DNA of 64,000 bases from an uncultured Gammaproteobacteria bacterium (GCA_964355275.1 CAYHCB010000006.1:9745-73744), one strand, 5' to 3'; shown: positions 29,292-38,202, counted from the stretch's first letter. Numbers and translations: made by a program. The notes: a model not told the origin generated them from the sequence alone.

Positions 29292-32200
29292 TTAGTTAAT
29301 TGACATAGTTTGAGTGTCAGATGGTAAACCATTGACTCTGTAACTATTAAACCAGTAATTGTTTGCATCAGTGTTAGAAGCACTATCAGTCCATGTTAAT
29401 GAAGTGAAAGCAGGTGTTAACAAGGTACCAGCAGCATAAGCAGCTTCTGCTATGCTTGTGCTTACAGATTCACGGTTACTACCAGTAACAGTTGTTACAA
29501 GGATAACTTCAAAAGTCTTTGAAGTACCAGCAGCAACAATTTCTGGAGTAGTTGTACCGAAATCAACAAAGATTTGGGTAGCGGAAGTAGTAGAAGTAAC
29601 AGCTTTAGCTACACCATTAACCTTAATAGCGTTAGAAGTGGTAGCTAATGTTACGCTAGCTGTCTTGGTGTAATCCAAGGCAATTCTACTAACTTTTACA
29701 TCAGCATTAGAATCTGCAGTTACAGTGAATTTAGCAACTACGGAATTACCACTAGTTAAAGTAGTATTAGGTAATGCAAGTAAAGCAACTGTAGGAACAG
29801 TTTTTCTAATACGGAATTCGTTAGCAACTACAGATAAACCTGTAGTGTAAGTTAAATCACTATTTGAAGATTTAAACTTAACACTGTTAACTTGAAGTTT
29901 TAAGTAAGCATTGGTAGCGCTTTCGTCGTTATCAATGTTATTTAAAACAGCTTTAATTGTTAACTTCTTAGATCCATCAGCAGGAACAACGATAGCATTG
30001 TTATTAATAACAAACTTAGCCTCTCCATTGAAAGGAGTTACTGTATCGATCGCAGTTGAATTTCCTTCTACATATAATTTGTAAGAAGAAATTCTAGGAT
30101 CGGTAGTAGTAATAGTAGATGTACCAGTAGTACTAGCATTAACAACTGTTAATTCAGTTACATTAGCACTATCATTTGTAGCAACTAACTTAAATTGAGC
30201 AACTGATTGTTCAACTGAAGGTTTAGAAGCTAAAATAGCGCTTACTGGAGAATCACCATCCTTAGTAATACCTAAAGTACCAGCACCTACAACAGTAAAT
30301 TTAGCTGTTACTGGGGTACCAGAAACAGAAACTGTTTTACCACGAGAATCTTCAGCAGTAAATGTTGAAAGCATTTTAATAGAACCAGTAGCGGCAGTAT
30401 CAATAGATCCTTTAAGTTCGATTGTCTTAGTTTGGTTATCAGCTACAGAAATAGATAATGAAGAGAAGGTGGCGCCGGTTGTACCAAAATCTTTAGTAGA
30501 ACCAACTTGTACGCCGTCCATATATAACTTCATATCATAAATACTAGAAGCTAAAACAGTATTGTTAGTTGTTGAAGCGATATCAATTTGAGTGATTTTT
30601 ACAGTGTCATTTGTAGCTTTAACTGTAAATTTACCTAAAGAAATATCAGATGTACCAATAACAACATTCTTATCAGAATAACCATCGCTGCGGATTGCTG
30701 ACAAAGCAGCACCAGAAACAGTGATGCTAGCACCAGTAGCGGTACCAGTTATATCACCTTCAGCAACAGCATTTTGAGATAATACGTATTCTGGAGTATC
30801 TAATAAGTGAGAACTCTTGTTCAAACTTGCTTTAAATACAGCGGAAGTAGTAGTAGCATTTGATTTTACATCAACAGTAACCTTAATTTCATTGTCCCCC
30901 TTGTTTAAAGAAAGAGTTGATGAAAGAGTTGTGGTAGCTGCAGCTGTAATAGGGTCATAAGAATCAAGTAAAGCGCCGTTAACGTAAACCTTTACGTTTT
31001 CAAAAGCGTCTACATTTGAGAAATCAGTATTAATTCTCAAACCATCAGCTACGATAGCCTCATCAGCCTTTACATTAGCTAATAAAGCAACAACGGCCTT
31101 GGTTCCTTTGATAACTGTAACATCAGAAGGAGATGTGGATTTCTTAGAAACAGAAACTACGCCTGATTTGATAGTTAAGTTAGCAACTTGAACTAAAGAT
31201 GCATCTTGCACTTTAACACCAAAACCATTTGTAAGTTCATTACCATTAAAATCTTCAATCTTATTTAATGATAGAACTACATTGTTACTTGTTGCAGTGT
31301 TTTCTTTAGCAATAACATCACCTTTAATAGCAAAAATCTGGTCACCATCATCTTTTAACATGGTTAAACCACCATTACTAAAGGTAAAAGTAATATATTT
31401 ACCAGAAATAGCTGCAGTAGCTACTTTTTTACCATTATTTTCAAGATAGGCATTCATGATAACTTTAGCTAAATCTTCATCACCAGAATTTTTAAACATA
31501 GCGCTCTTTAGAACGATATCTCTAGTGTTTGAAGCAAAATTAACAGTAAATTTACCTAATTGAACGTTCTCGTCACCGACATTAACGTTTACAGCAGCGC
31601 CTCCTTCATCTAATAAAACTTCAGTAACGGAATAATCTGTTGGGGACATTAAATTTCCATTAATAGGGAAAGAACCGGAGATAGCGGCAGCAGTAGCACT
31701 AACTGCAGAAGCAGAAGCGATACTTAAACCAATATTACCAGAACCTGTATTAGTGGATGGGAAAGAAGCGATTAAATCTAAAGTAACTGTTTGACCAGCA
31801 CCAACTGTTAGGGCTGGAGAGAAAGTCAAAATAGATTCATCATTGGAATTCATAGACTTCTTAGAAGCTACGATAGTACCATTTTGTTCTGCCCAAACTT
31901 TATCAATGTTAGTGTAAGCGGAAAGACCAATTCTTTTAACAGTAATAGAGTTAATAGTAACAGCACCATCATTAGCGGCAGTTAAGTTAACTTTAGCCAT
32001 TGGGATGCGAGCACCATTTTTTGGAACAGAAGCGCCAGCTGGAGTAGCAGCACTTAAAGAAGCTGTTAAACCAGAACCGGTCACAATAGGACCTGTACCA
32101 CCTACTTGAGCATCATAGTTTAAACTTTCAGCGCCTGTAACAGCATTTCCAGAAGCTGTAATAGTGTTGGAAATAGTGATTACATTAGCGAAGTTAAATC

Positions 32201-32783
32201 TATTTGCATTGAAAGCAGCTTCGTTAGCAATTGAACGATAGTTAGCGCCATCATATAAATAGACAGCACCTGAACCGGCATTCTTTACTAAAGTACCTGC
32301 AGGGATTTGACCATTAGCTAAAGCTGTACCAATAGTGTAGTTAGTAAAGAAAGCATCAGAAACATCGATAACTCTCTTTGCCCAATTTGCACCAAAGATA
32401 GCAATAGCATCAGCCTCACTAGAAATCTTTCTTAAAACACCGTTGGCTTCAACAGCGTAAACAGAAGGATCAGTTGTGATTTTAACTAATTTTGTACCAG
32501 GTCTTACCACAACGTTAGCTCCTAATGGATAAGATGCTAATTCTGAAGCAGAAATAGTAACTACACCACTAAAATCATTGTGCCAAGAGAAGAATACAGA
32601 TTCACTAGGGAAAACATATCTCTTTCCATCGTTGCCTAAGAAATAAACAGCTGATAAGCCGTCCATTTTAATGAGATCACCAGCTTGAGGAGCAGCTGCA
32701 TTGGCAAAAGAACCAATACCAGTCATTCCTAATACTGTTAATGTCATTACGCCGATGGTTAAGAATTTGCGTAAATTTTTCAT
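29292..32783 (-). CDS. Giant secreted surface (S-layer-like) protein with repeated beta-sandwich-type modules
   Basis: Start moved to ATG 32783 (MKNLRKF... classical signal peptide ending ANA/AAP). T/S/A/V/N-rich. At least 5 recurrences of a (G/A)KFTV.A.ND...V....I module signature. Confidence 0.7.
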   Translation of the reverse strand: MKNLRKFLTIGVMTLTVLGMTGIGSFANAAAPQAGDLIKMDGLSAVYFLGNDGKRYVFPSESVFFSWHNDFSGVVTISASELASYPLGANVVVRPGTKLVKITTDPSVYAVEANGVLRKISSEADAIAIFGANWAKRVIDVSDAFFTNYTIGTALANGQIPAGTLVKNAGSGAVYLYDGANYRSIANEAAFNANRFNFANVITISNTITASGNAVTGAESLNYDAQVGGTGPIVTGSGLTASLSAATPAGASVPKNGARIPMAKVNLTAANDGAVTINSITVKRIGLSAYTNIDKVWAEQNGTIVASKKSMNSNDESILTFSPALTVGAGQTVTLDLIASFPSTNTGSGNIGLSIASASAVSATAAAISGSFPINGNLMSPTDYSVTEVLLDEGGAAVNVNVGDENVQLGKFTVNFASNTRDIVLKSAMFKNSGDEDLAKVIMNAYLENNGKKVATAAISGKYITFTFSNGGLTMLKDDGDQIFAIKGDVIAKENTATSNNVVLSLNKIEDFNGNELTNGFGVKVQDASLVQVANLTIKSGVVSVSKKSTSPSDVTVIKGTKAVVALLANVKADEAIVADGLRINTDFSNVDAFENVKVYVNGALLDSYDPITAAATTTLSSTLSLNKGDNEIKVTVDVKSNATTTSAVFKASLNKSSHLLDTPEYVLSQNAVAEGDITGTATGASITVSGAALSAIRSDGYSDKNVVIGTSDISLGKFTVKATNDTVKITQIDIASTTNNTVLASSIYDMKLYMDGVQVGSTKDFGTTGATFSSLSISVADNQTKTIELKGSIDTAATGSIKMLSTFTAEDSRGKTVSVSGTPVTAKFTVVGAGTLGITKDGDSPVSAILASKPSVEQSVAQFKLVATNDSANVTELTVVNASTTGTSTITTTDPRISSYKLYVEGNSTAIDTVTPFNGEAKFVINNNAIVVPADGSKKLTIKAVLNNIDNDESATNAYLKLQVNSVKFKSSNSDLTYTTGLSVVANEFRIRKTVPTVALLALPNTTLTSGNSVVAKFTVTADSNADVKVSRIALDYTKTASVTLATTSNAIKVNGVAKAVTSTTSATQIFVDFGTTTPEIVAAGTSKTFEVILVTTVTGSNRESVSTSIAEAAYAAGTLLTPAFTSLTWTDSASNTDANNYWFNSYRVNGLPSDTQTMSIN

Positions 32784-33120
32784 ATTTGTAATTAAGGATT
32801 CGAAAGTTGAATGTCCAAACAATTTTAGTCTGAACAATTCCTCTCTCGATATTTATTCGGTTTAAGCTACCATCTGAAAGATAGACCATTTAGGTACATC
32901 AATCGGAATCCCGCTTCCCTAATCGCGCTAGAATTGCGGACTAGTGAAAAGCTAAATCGATGTACACTTGGATATCTCACGATTTAAGCTTATCCCCGAA
33001 TTTTTTTTGTTTTTAATAGAGCGAAACCAATCCTTTGCAGGACCCGACCCTTTACGGGGTTTCACTGATCGCATTTAGCAAGCTAAACGCAGATCTGTTA
33101 ATTTATCTCACACCGTTTCA
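32784..33120 (-). promoter_or_regulatory. Long structured 5' leader (and possible promoter) of the S-layer-like gene
   Basis: 360-nt non-coding gap, GC-richer than other spacers. Several helices whose G-U pairs exist only on the minus strand. TGAAAC hexamer at 33115-33120 (minus). Confidence 0.45.
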
Positions 33121-33199
33121 CCAAATTAGATGATATTAATCTTCCAGAAAAGGGTGTCGAGATAAGAGATAAACTAACAGCTCGGCGCTTTGGCCTTTG

Positions 33200-33943
33200 T
33201 TACTTAATTAAATCATTTACTTCTTTTAATTTATCAAGAGCTTCAGTATATTTCTTTTCATCAAACAAAGTTTTTGCTTCTTCTAAAATTTTAGTTGTAG
33301 TAGAGGTAGTGGCGACAACAACTTCATTATTAACTTCAGTGCCTGCTAAAGAAACACCGGTCTCATCTTTCTTTAAAGTGGCGCTAAAAACTTCTGTACT
33401 GCCAGTAGCTGAACCGACTGTAGAAATTTCTTGTACAACTGGTTTTTCTAATCTAGCCACACTCTTTCGGACAGTCTTCATTTCTTTTTCAAACTTAACA
33501 TTTAGGGCCGCAATTTCCTCTTTATTGTCAAAACTTGGATCAGCTAAAACAGTGGTTATATCCTGAGCATTACTAGCCGCAAATTGTCCGGCCATTTTGT
33601 CTCGATCATCGGAATTAAAAATAGTAGTTAATTTTGCTTGTTCAGAGATTTCCCGAGCGATATATAATGATTGGTTAGGTTTAGTCTTAGCTAAAAGTAA
33701 ATGGCCGTAAGCGCTGGAAGTAACCACAAATAACATTAAAGAGGCTAAGGCAATAGCTGGAGCAGAGGCAGTTTTTAAAGCGCTCTGAAAATTGATAAAA
33801 AAAGATGACCAGGCCGACGAATTTGTCGCTCCGGAGTTAGAAATTTGGGTAAATAAAGAATCCCGATTAGCTTTTAACCAGCTAGTATCGGGTTTGATTT
33901 CTCTAAGATTACCTAATTTTTTGATAAGATCACGGTCAGTCAT
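33200..33943 (-). CDS. Membrane-anchored anti-sigma-like protein (DUF5667-like, tentative)
   Basis: Downstream of the ECF sigma. Short cytoplasmic N-terminus, one TM (PAIALASLMLFVVTSSAY), extracytoplasmic helical/T-rich domain. Confidence 0.5.
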   Translation of the reverse strand: MTDRDLIKKLGNLREIKPDTSWLKANRDSLFTQISNSGATNSSAWSSFFINFQSALKTASAPAIALASLMLFVVTSSAYGHLLLAKTKPNQSLYIAREISEQAKLTTIFNSDDRDKMAGQFAASNAQDITTVLADPSFDNKEEIAALNVKFEKEMKTVRKSVARLEKPVVQEISTVGSATGSTEVFSATLKKDETGVSLAGTEVNNEVVVATTSTTTKILEEAKTLFDEKKYTEALDKLKEVNDLIK

Positions 33944-34031
33944 AAAATTATGTATTATTACGCTTTAATATACGTAATAAAAGAAAAAACGTTACAGTTG
34001 GCAACGTCTTCTCTTTTTTCTATTTGTTCTA

Positions 34032-34613
34032 TTAATTTTTTTGATCTTCTTCGATTAAGTCTTTAAGCGCGGCTAGTGAACGATGCAGTAAAACCCGAAT
34101 ATTACCCTTAGTTTTACCAGTTACTTCACTAATTTCATCAATATTTAAATCATTTACGAACTTTAAAACAATTACCTCGCGGTATTCTTCCTTAAGTAAA
34201 GGTAATTTGCTCTTTATTCTATTTAAATCAGCATTTCGGTCCATATCAGCCTCTAAATCTTTGCCTTCATCAGCAATATCTATCGGATGAGCTTCATCAT
34301 CTAAAGAAATTTCTAATTTATTACCAGTTTCCCGATAATAATCAACTATCGAGGTGCGTGCTATTTTATATAAAAGAGCTCTTAAAGTACTACTACTAGT
34401 TAAGCTATTATTTTGGATATGATTCCAAGTTTTTAAAAATATCATGGAAGTCAAATCTTTAGCTTCCTCAGACTCACCAACCTTAAAATAAACAAAACGA
34501 TAGATATCGCCGGCAAAATCATCGTAAACCTTAATAAAAGCATCCTTGTCTTTATTTTTAAGACGACTTAAGGTTTGTTTGTCTTTAAATTTCTTAACCA
34601 GTGGTAATGACAT
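34032..34613 (-). CDS. ECF-type sigma-70 family RNA polymerase sigma factor
   Basis: 193 aa; region 2 (DLTSMIFLKTWNHI, ALLYKIARTSIVDYYR) and region 4 (YREVIVLKFVNDLNIDEISEVTGKTKGNIRVLLHRSL). Confidence 0.85.
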   Translation of the reverse strand: MSLPLVKKFKDKQTLSRLKNKDKDAFIKVYDDFAGDIYRFVYFKVGESEEAKDLTSMIFLKTWNHIQNNSLTSSSTLRALLYKIARTSIVDYYRETGNKLEISLDDEAHPIDIADEGKDLEADMDRNADLNRIKSKLPLLKEEYREVIVLKFVNDLNIDEISEVTGKTKGNIRVLLHRSLAALKDLIEEDQKN

Positions 34614-34979
34614 CGGGTATTTAAATGTTTAAATTTTTTAATAAAAAATAAGGAAATTCACTATTTCCCTGCTATATTTTACTTTATTTGTGTCAAAATT
34701 CTAGCATAAGAAGTGATAAATAGCAAGAAAAGCCTAATCTTAAATTGTTTTTTTTTATCTCTTTATTATACGCTAAAAATATAAAAACTCTTCACTTCAA
34801 AATTAATAATACAAAACTCTTCGCTTGTTGATTTGGATATAGTTTTTAACATATACTCCTAGATTACCAGAAAGCGCAATATGTGCTGGCGCATTACCTG
34901 GCCATCTTGACTTTTAAATATAAAAGATTAACAATAAAAATACTTTAGTCTATGATATAATGGACTTAAATATTATTCT

Positions 34980-35216
34980 ATGTTAGAAGAAAAAGAAATT
35001 ATCTCACCGCTATGGTTTTCGGTTTCCTCTTCAGCTAAATTAGGTGGCGTTGATCCTAAGACTATTCGTCGTGCCATTAAAAATAATCCTGACTTAAAAT
35101 ATAAAATAGTAAAAGATCGTTATAAAATTGAACTTGGATCTCTGCTCTCTTTTTTAAATAAAAAAACCAAACTAAAAAACAAATTAAATAAAAATGGACT
35201 AGGACAATATCTATAA
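34980..35216 (+). CDS. Small putative DNA-binding (HTH) protein
   Basis: 78 aa; SAKLGGVDPKTIRRAIK resembles an HTH. TGATATAAT about 20 nt upstream; terminator follows. Confidence 0.4.
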   Translation: MLEEKEIISPLWFSVSSSAKLGGVDPKTIRRAIKNNPDLKYKIVKDRYKIELGSLLSFLNKKTKLKNKLNKNGLGQYL

Positions 35217-35249
35217 AAAAAATCACCCGATTCCGAAGGTGATTTTTTT
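35215..35249. terminator. Bidirectional terminator (HTH gene / hup)
   Basis: A-run, stem ATCACC/GGTGAT, T-run. Confidence 0.6.
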
Positions 35250-35273
35250 ATATAGAGGTTCGCTGTTTACAAA

Positions 35274-35555
35274 TTATAGAACAGCATCTTTAACCGCTTT
35301 AGCTAAACGAAACTTAACCACAGTTTTAGCTGGGATTTTGATAGTTTCGCCAGTAGCTGGATTGCGGCCTTCACGAGCTTTTCTTTTAGCCTTTACTAAC
35401 TTACCGAAACCTGGAACGATACATTCACCGTTCTTTTTTACTTCTTTGTAAGTCATGTCAGCAATAGTTTCTAAAAACATTGCTACTTCCTTCTTAGCAT
35501 AACCAGTTGTTTCAGCTAAGTTGGCTACCATTTGGGCTTTTGTCATTTTAGACAT
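35274..35555 (-). CDS. hup: Nucleoid protein HU
   Basis: 93 aa; GFGKL..KARKAREGRNPATGETIKIPA arm motif. Confidence 0.9.
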   Translation of the reverse strand: MSKMTKAQMVANLAETTGYAKKEVAMFLETIADMTYKEVKKNGECIVPGFGKLVKAKRKAREGRNPATGETIKIPAKTVVKFRLAKAVKDAVL

Positions 35556-35687
35556 AGTTGCATGGGGCTTTATGATAAGTAATTATTTTTTTAAAAAAAA
35601 TAAATAAAAATCATTTCTGCCTAAATTATTTAATTAAAAATTTATTTTTAAAATACAAATTTTCAATTAACCTTTATTTACAAGAGT

Positions 35688-35716
35688 ATTATATCACACG
35701 TAAAAATATTTGCCAA
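35688..35716 (-). promoter_or_regulatory. Promoter of hup
   Basis: Minus strand TTGGCA, 17-nt spacer ending TGTGA, TATAAT (extended -10). Confidence 0.55.
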
Positions 35717-35882
35717 TAAACAGGGGTCAAGCGATTAGAGATAAGACAAACACCTTATACTTGGGCCTTTACATTAAACAAAAATCAACTATAATTATAC
35801 TAAATTATAAATTAATAATTATAACTGAATAATTTAATTAGCAAGATAGTACTTTAAATAAACCAAAAAAACCGAATAAACC

Positions 35883-36236
35883 ATGAAAAGAAAAATTTTA
35901 ATCGCCGACAGCGACGAAGTGTCACTTTTTTTCTACGGCATTATTTTAAGAAATTATGATCTTACTATGGTTCAAGATGGTGAGCGCGCCCTGGAAAAAT
36001 TTATTGAAGAAGAACCGCACCTGGTGATTGTTAATCATAGTATAAGTACGCAGAATGGGTTTGAACTTACAAAAAATATTAAAAACCTAAATCAGACAAT
36101 ACCGGTGGTAATGGTTTCCTCTAGTATAACCACAGAAAAAAAAGCAATCAGCGCTGGTTGTGACGGCTTCTACACTAAGCCCATTCGGGCAGAAAAAATT
36201 ATCGAAATTGTGAAAAACACTTTCGCAAAAAATTAA
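35883..36236 (+). CDS. Stand-alone receiver (CheY-like) domain protein, atypical
   Basis: 117 aa with REC layout (ILIADSDE ... VVMVSS ... YTKP). By eye alignment to CheY, the phospho-acceptor position reads Asn (LVIVNHSI). Confidence 0.7.
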   Translation: MKRKILIADSDEVSLFFYGIILRNYDLTMVQDGERALEKFIEEEPHLVIVNHSISTQNGFELTKNIKNLNQTIPVVMVSSSITTEKKAISAGCDGFYTKPIRAEKIIEIVKNTFAKN

Positions 36237-36255
36237 CAGTTTTACAAAAAGCTGC

Positions 36256-36288
36256 AAAAAGATTGGACATAAATCCAATCTTTTTTTT
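36256..36288. terminator. Bidirectional terminator
   Basis: Stem AAAAAGATTGGA/TCCAATCTTTTT. Confidence 0.6.
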
Positions 36289-36290
36289 GT

Positions 36291-37049
36291 TTATTTTAAA
36301 TTGTAGGTGATGTTCATTTCAATAATTATTTCTTTAAGACCACCTGGTGTTTGCGGTGGCACATAGCCTGCCCCCATGCCACCCATACCGCCTTTATCAT
36401 AAACCGGTGATGGCGCCTGAAGAGCATTTTCATACCAACCACTAATGTCATCTAATTCTACTCCAGCGGCATTAGCTAAAACTATTCCTTTAGCTTTAGC
36501 ATCATTTATGGCCCGCAAACGAGCCGTTTGTTTTAAATCATTAATATTAGAAACATCGAAAGACAAACCACTTATTTGATTAGCGCCGGCTCGACTAGCA
36601 GCCGAAATAACTTTATTTAAATTATTGACATCTTGATTATAATTTTGCACTTTAACTATTAATTGTTCGTTAGCATTATAACCAGAAACCACTGATACAT
36701 TATCCTTATAATCATACTGTGGGTACAAAGAATAATTTGAAGCCGAAATATCAGCCTCGGCTACTTTTTCGTTTTTAACGGCGGCAATAATTTTAGTCAT
36801 TTTATAGTTTAATTGTCGCAGTGCTTCGTCAGCAGTTTTAGCTTTATCAATTTGAACACCTAAAGTTACAATCGCTAAATCTGGTTCATAAGAAACTTTA
36901 CCTTGACCAGTTATAGTCACTTGGCGAAATTGTTGATTAACAATTTTATCTCTTAAAATAGAAACGATCACAGTGGCCACAATTCCTAAAACAAGAATTA
37001 AGATTATAATTGTTTTGGGACTACGCCAATTTAAATTTTCTCTTTCCAT
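36291..37049 (-). CDS. SIMPL (DUF541) domain periplasmic protein
   Basis: N-terminal TM, then VTITGQGKVSYEPDLAIVTLGV and a layout typical of SIMPL/26-kDa periplasmic immunogenic proteins. Confidence 0.75.
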   Translation of the reverse strand: MERENLNWRSPKTIIILILVLGIVATVIVSILRDKIVNQQFRQVTITGQGKVSYEPDLAIVTLGVQIDKAKTADEALRQLNYKMTKIIAAVKNEKVAEADISASNYSLYPQYDYKDNVSVVSGYNANEQLIVKVQNYNQDVNNLNKVISAASRAGANQISGLSFDVSNINDLKQTARLRAINDAKAKGIVLANAAGVELDDISGWYENALQAPSPVYDKGGMGGMGAGYVPPQTPGGLKEIIIEMNITYNLK

Positions 37050-37088
37050 ATTTTTAAAATTTATTTTTATTATATTAATATTATACCA

Positions 37089-37823
37089 CTATATTATATT
37101 CTTTTTAAGTGGTTTAATTTTTAAATAGCTAAGTCTTTTGTTCTCTTCTAAACGTTCAATAGCATAACGTAACATTGTCCGTGGCATTTGACTGGCATAT
37201 ATATTTAAAAAATTACATAAAATAAGTTCATTACGTTTACCTAACTCTCTAAGCATCCAACCACCAGCTTTATGCATTAAGTCTTCGGGGTCATTAAGTA
37301 ATTGTTTGGCTAGTGCTAAGACGTCCTGACTTTCTCCTTGACGAATAAAGGCCATCGTAGAAACCATCGCTAAACGTCTATCCCAAATATTTTTTGATTT
37401 AATTAAACGATATAAAATTTTACGCTCTTGAGGTTGACGAACTAAATAATCACCCATGATTTTATAAACTGACAAATCAACTAAATCCCAATTGTTAGCA
37501 GCGGCGCGATGTTTAATATAAAAAAGATAAATTTTTTTTCTTGCCCCATCACTTATGGCAGCTTGATATTTTTCGACTAAAATAATTAAAGCAATCAGTC
37601 TCAGTTCATGGACTTTATCAGCTAATAAAATAACTACGACAGCTAAACTTAAATTCTTAAACTCTTTAGCTAACAGCCTCATTTCTGGCACTGTTAAGCC
37701 CCAAAAGATATCGCCAGCACCATATTGCCCGGGACCAGTCTTAAAAAAATACTGAGAGTGGGCTGCTCGCTCAGGTGAGTATAATTTCTTTGTTTTGCTT
37801 ATTAATTTGGCTAAATCAGTCAT
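37089..37823 (-). CDS. DNA alkylation repair protein (AlkD-like HEAT-repeat family)
   Basis: YFFKTGPGQYGAGDIFWGLTVPEMRLLAKEF and WDLVD blocks; TAG stop. Confidence 0.75.
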   Translation of the reverse strand: MTDLAKLISKTKKLYSPERAAHSQYFFKTGPGQYGAGDIFWGLTVPEMRLLAKEFKNLSLAVVVILLADKVHELRLIALIILVEKYQAAISDGARKKIYLFYIKHRAAANNWDLVDLSVYKIMGDYLVRQPQERKILYRLIKSKNIWDRRLAMVSTMAFIRQGESQDVLALAKQLLNDPEDLMHKAGGWMLRELGKRNELILCNFLNIYASQMPRTMLRYAIERLEENKRLSYLKIKPLKKNII

Positions 37824-38013
37824 AGCTGTAACAATTTTACTTAATTTACGTATGCTATTTATAAAAGTATATTTAAAACATTAAATAAATCATCACCTTT
37901 CGGGAATTTTTTACCTTATTTTAGATAAACAGTTCCCGGAAGGGCGATAGTCATAAGGCTAATCACGAACTAGGATTGGTCCCCTAGTTTCCCCTTCTTT
38001 AAACAATAAATAT

Positions 38014-38163
38014 ATGTTTAGAGAAATCCTGGGATTCTTACTTGTTCTAGTAATCGTGAAATTTGCCCTCCCACAAGAGATTGGTGGCCTGGTAACGGAA
38101 ATTTTACTTAAAATTTTAACTTTAGTAAAAGATGCCGTCAACCAAGTTGGCCCTTCTCTTTAA
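38014..38163 (+). CDS. Candidate 49-aa small hydrophobic protein (below track cutoff)
   Basis: ATG..TAA translating to MFREILGFLLVLVIVKFALPQEIGGLVTEILLKILTLVKDAVNQVGPSL. Stops 7 nt before a strong terminator. No SD. Confidence 0.3.
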   Translation: MFREILGFLLVLVIVKFALPQEIGGLVTEILLKILTLVKDAVNQVGPSL

Positions 38164-38167
38164 AAAA

Positions 38168-38198
38168 TAAAAAGCTTTCCTAACAGAAAGCTTTTTTC
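38168..38198. terminator. Bidirectional terminator (small ORF / rlmH)
   Basis: Stem AAAGCTTTC/GAAAGCTTT with 6-nt loop, flanked by A- and T-runs. Confidence 0.7.
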
Positions 38199-38202
38199 CT
38201 TT

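Noticed and set aside
32784-32889. TTG-start extension of the S-layer-like ORF (to 32837) and the 32677-32889 track ORF
   Set aside because: A classical signal peptide starts at ATG 32783. The extension (MFRLKLFGHSTFESLITN) and the overlapping ORF lie in the structured leader.
35239-35451. 70-aa plus-strand track ORF
   Set aside because: It is antisense to the well-supported hup gene.
37885-37990. Possible SRP (4.5S) RNA because of a CCC-GGAA-GGG tetraloop hairpin (AGUUCCCGGAAGGGCGAUAG)
   Set aside because: The flanking sequence does not match the conserved helix-8 loops (GGUCC GGAA GGAAGCAGC), and I could not build the closing long helix. I treat it as unexplained intergenic structure only.
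37959-38141. 60-aa minus-strand track ORF
   Set aside because: It has no start context or motif and lies antisense to a more protein-like micro-ORF that ends at a terminator. Both calls are weak.
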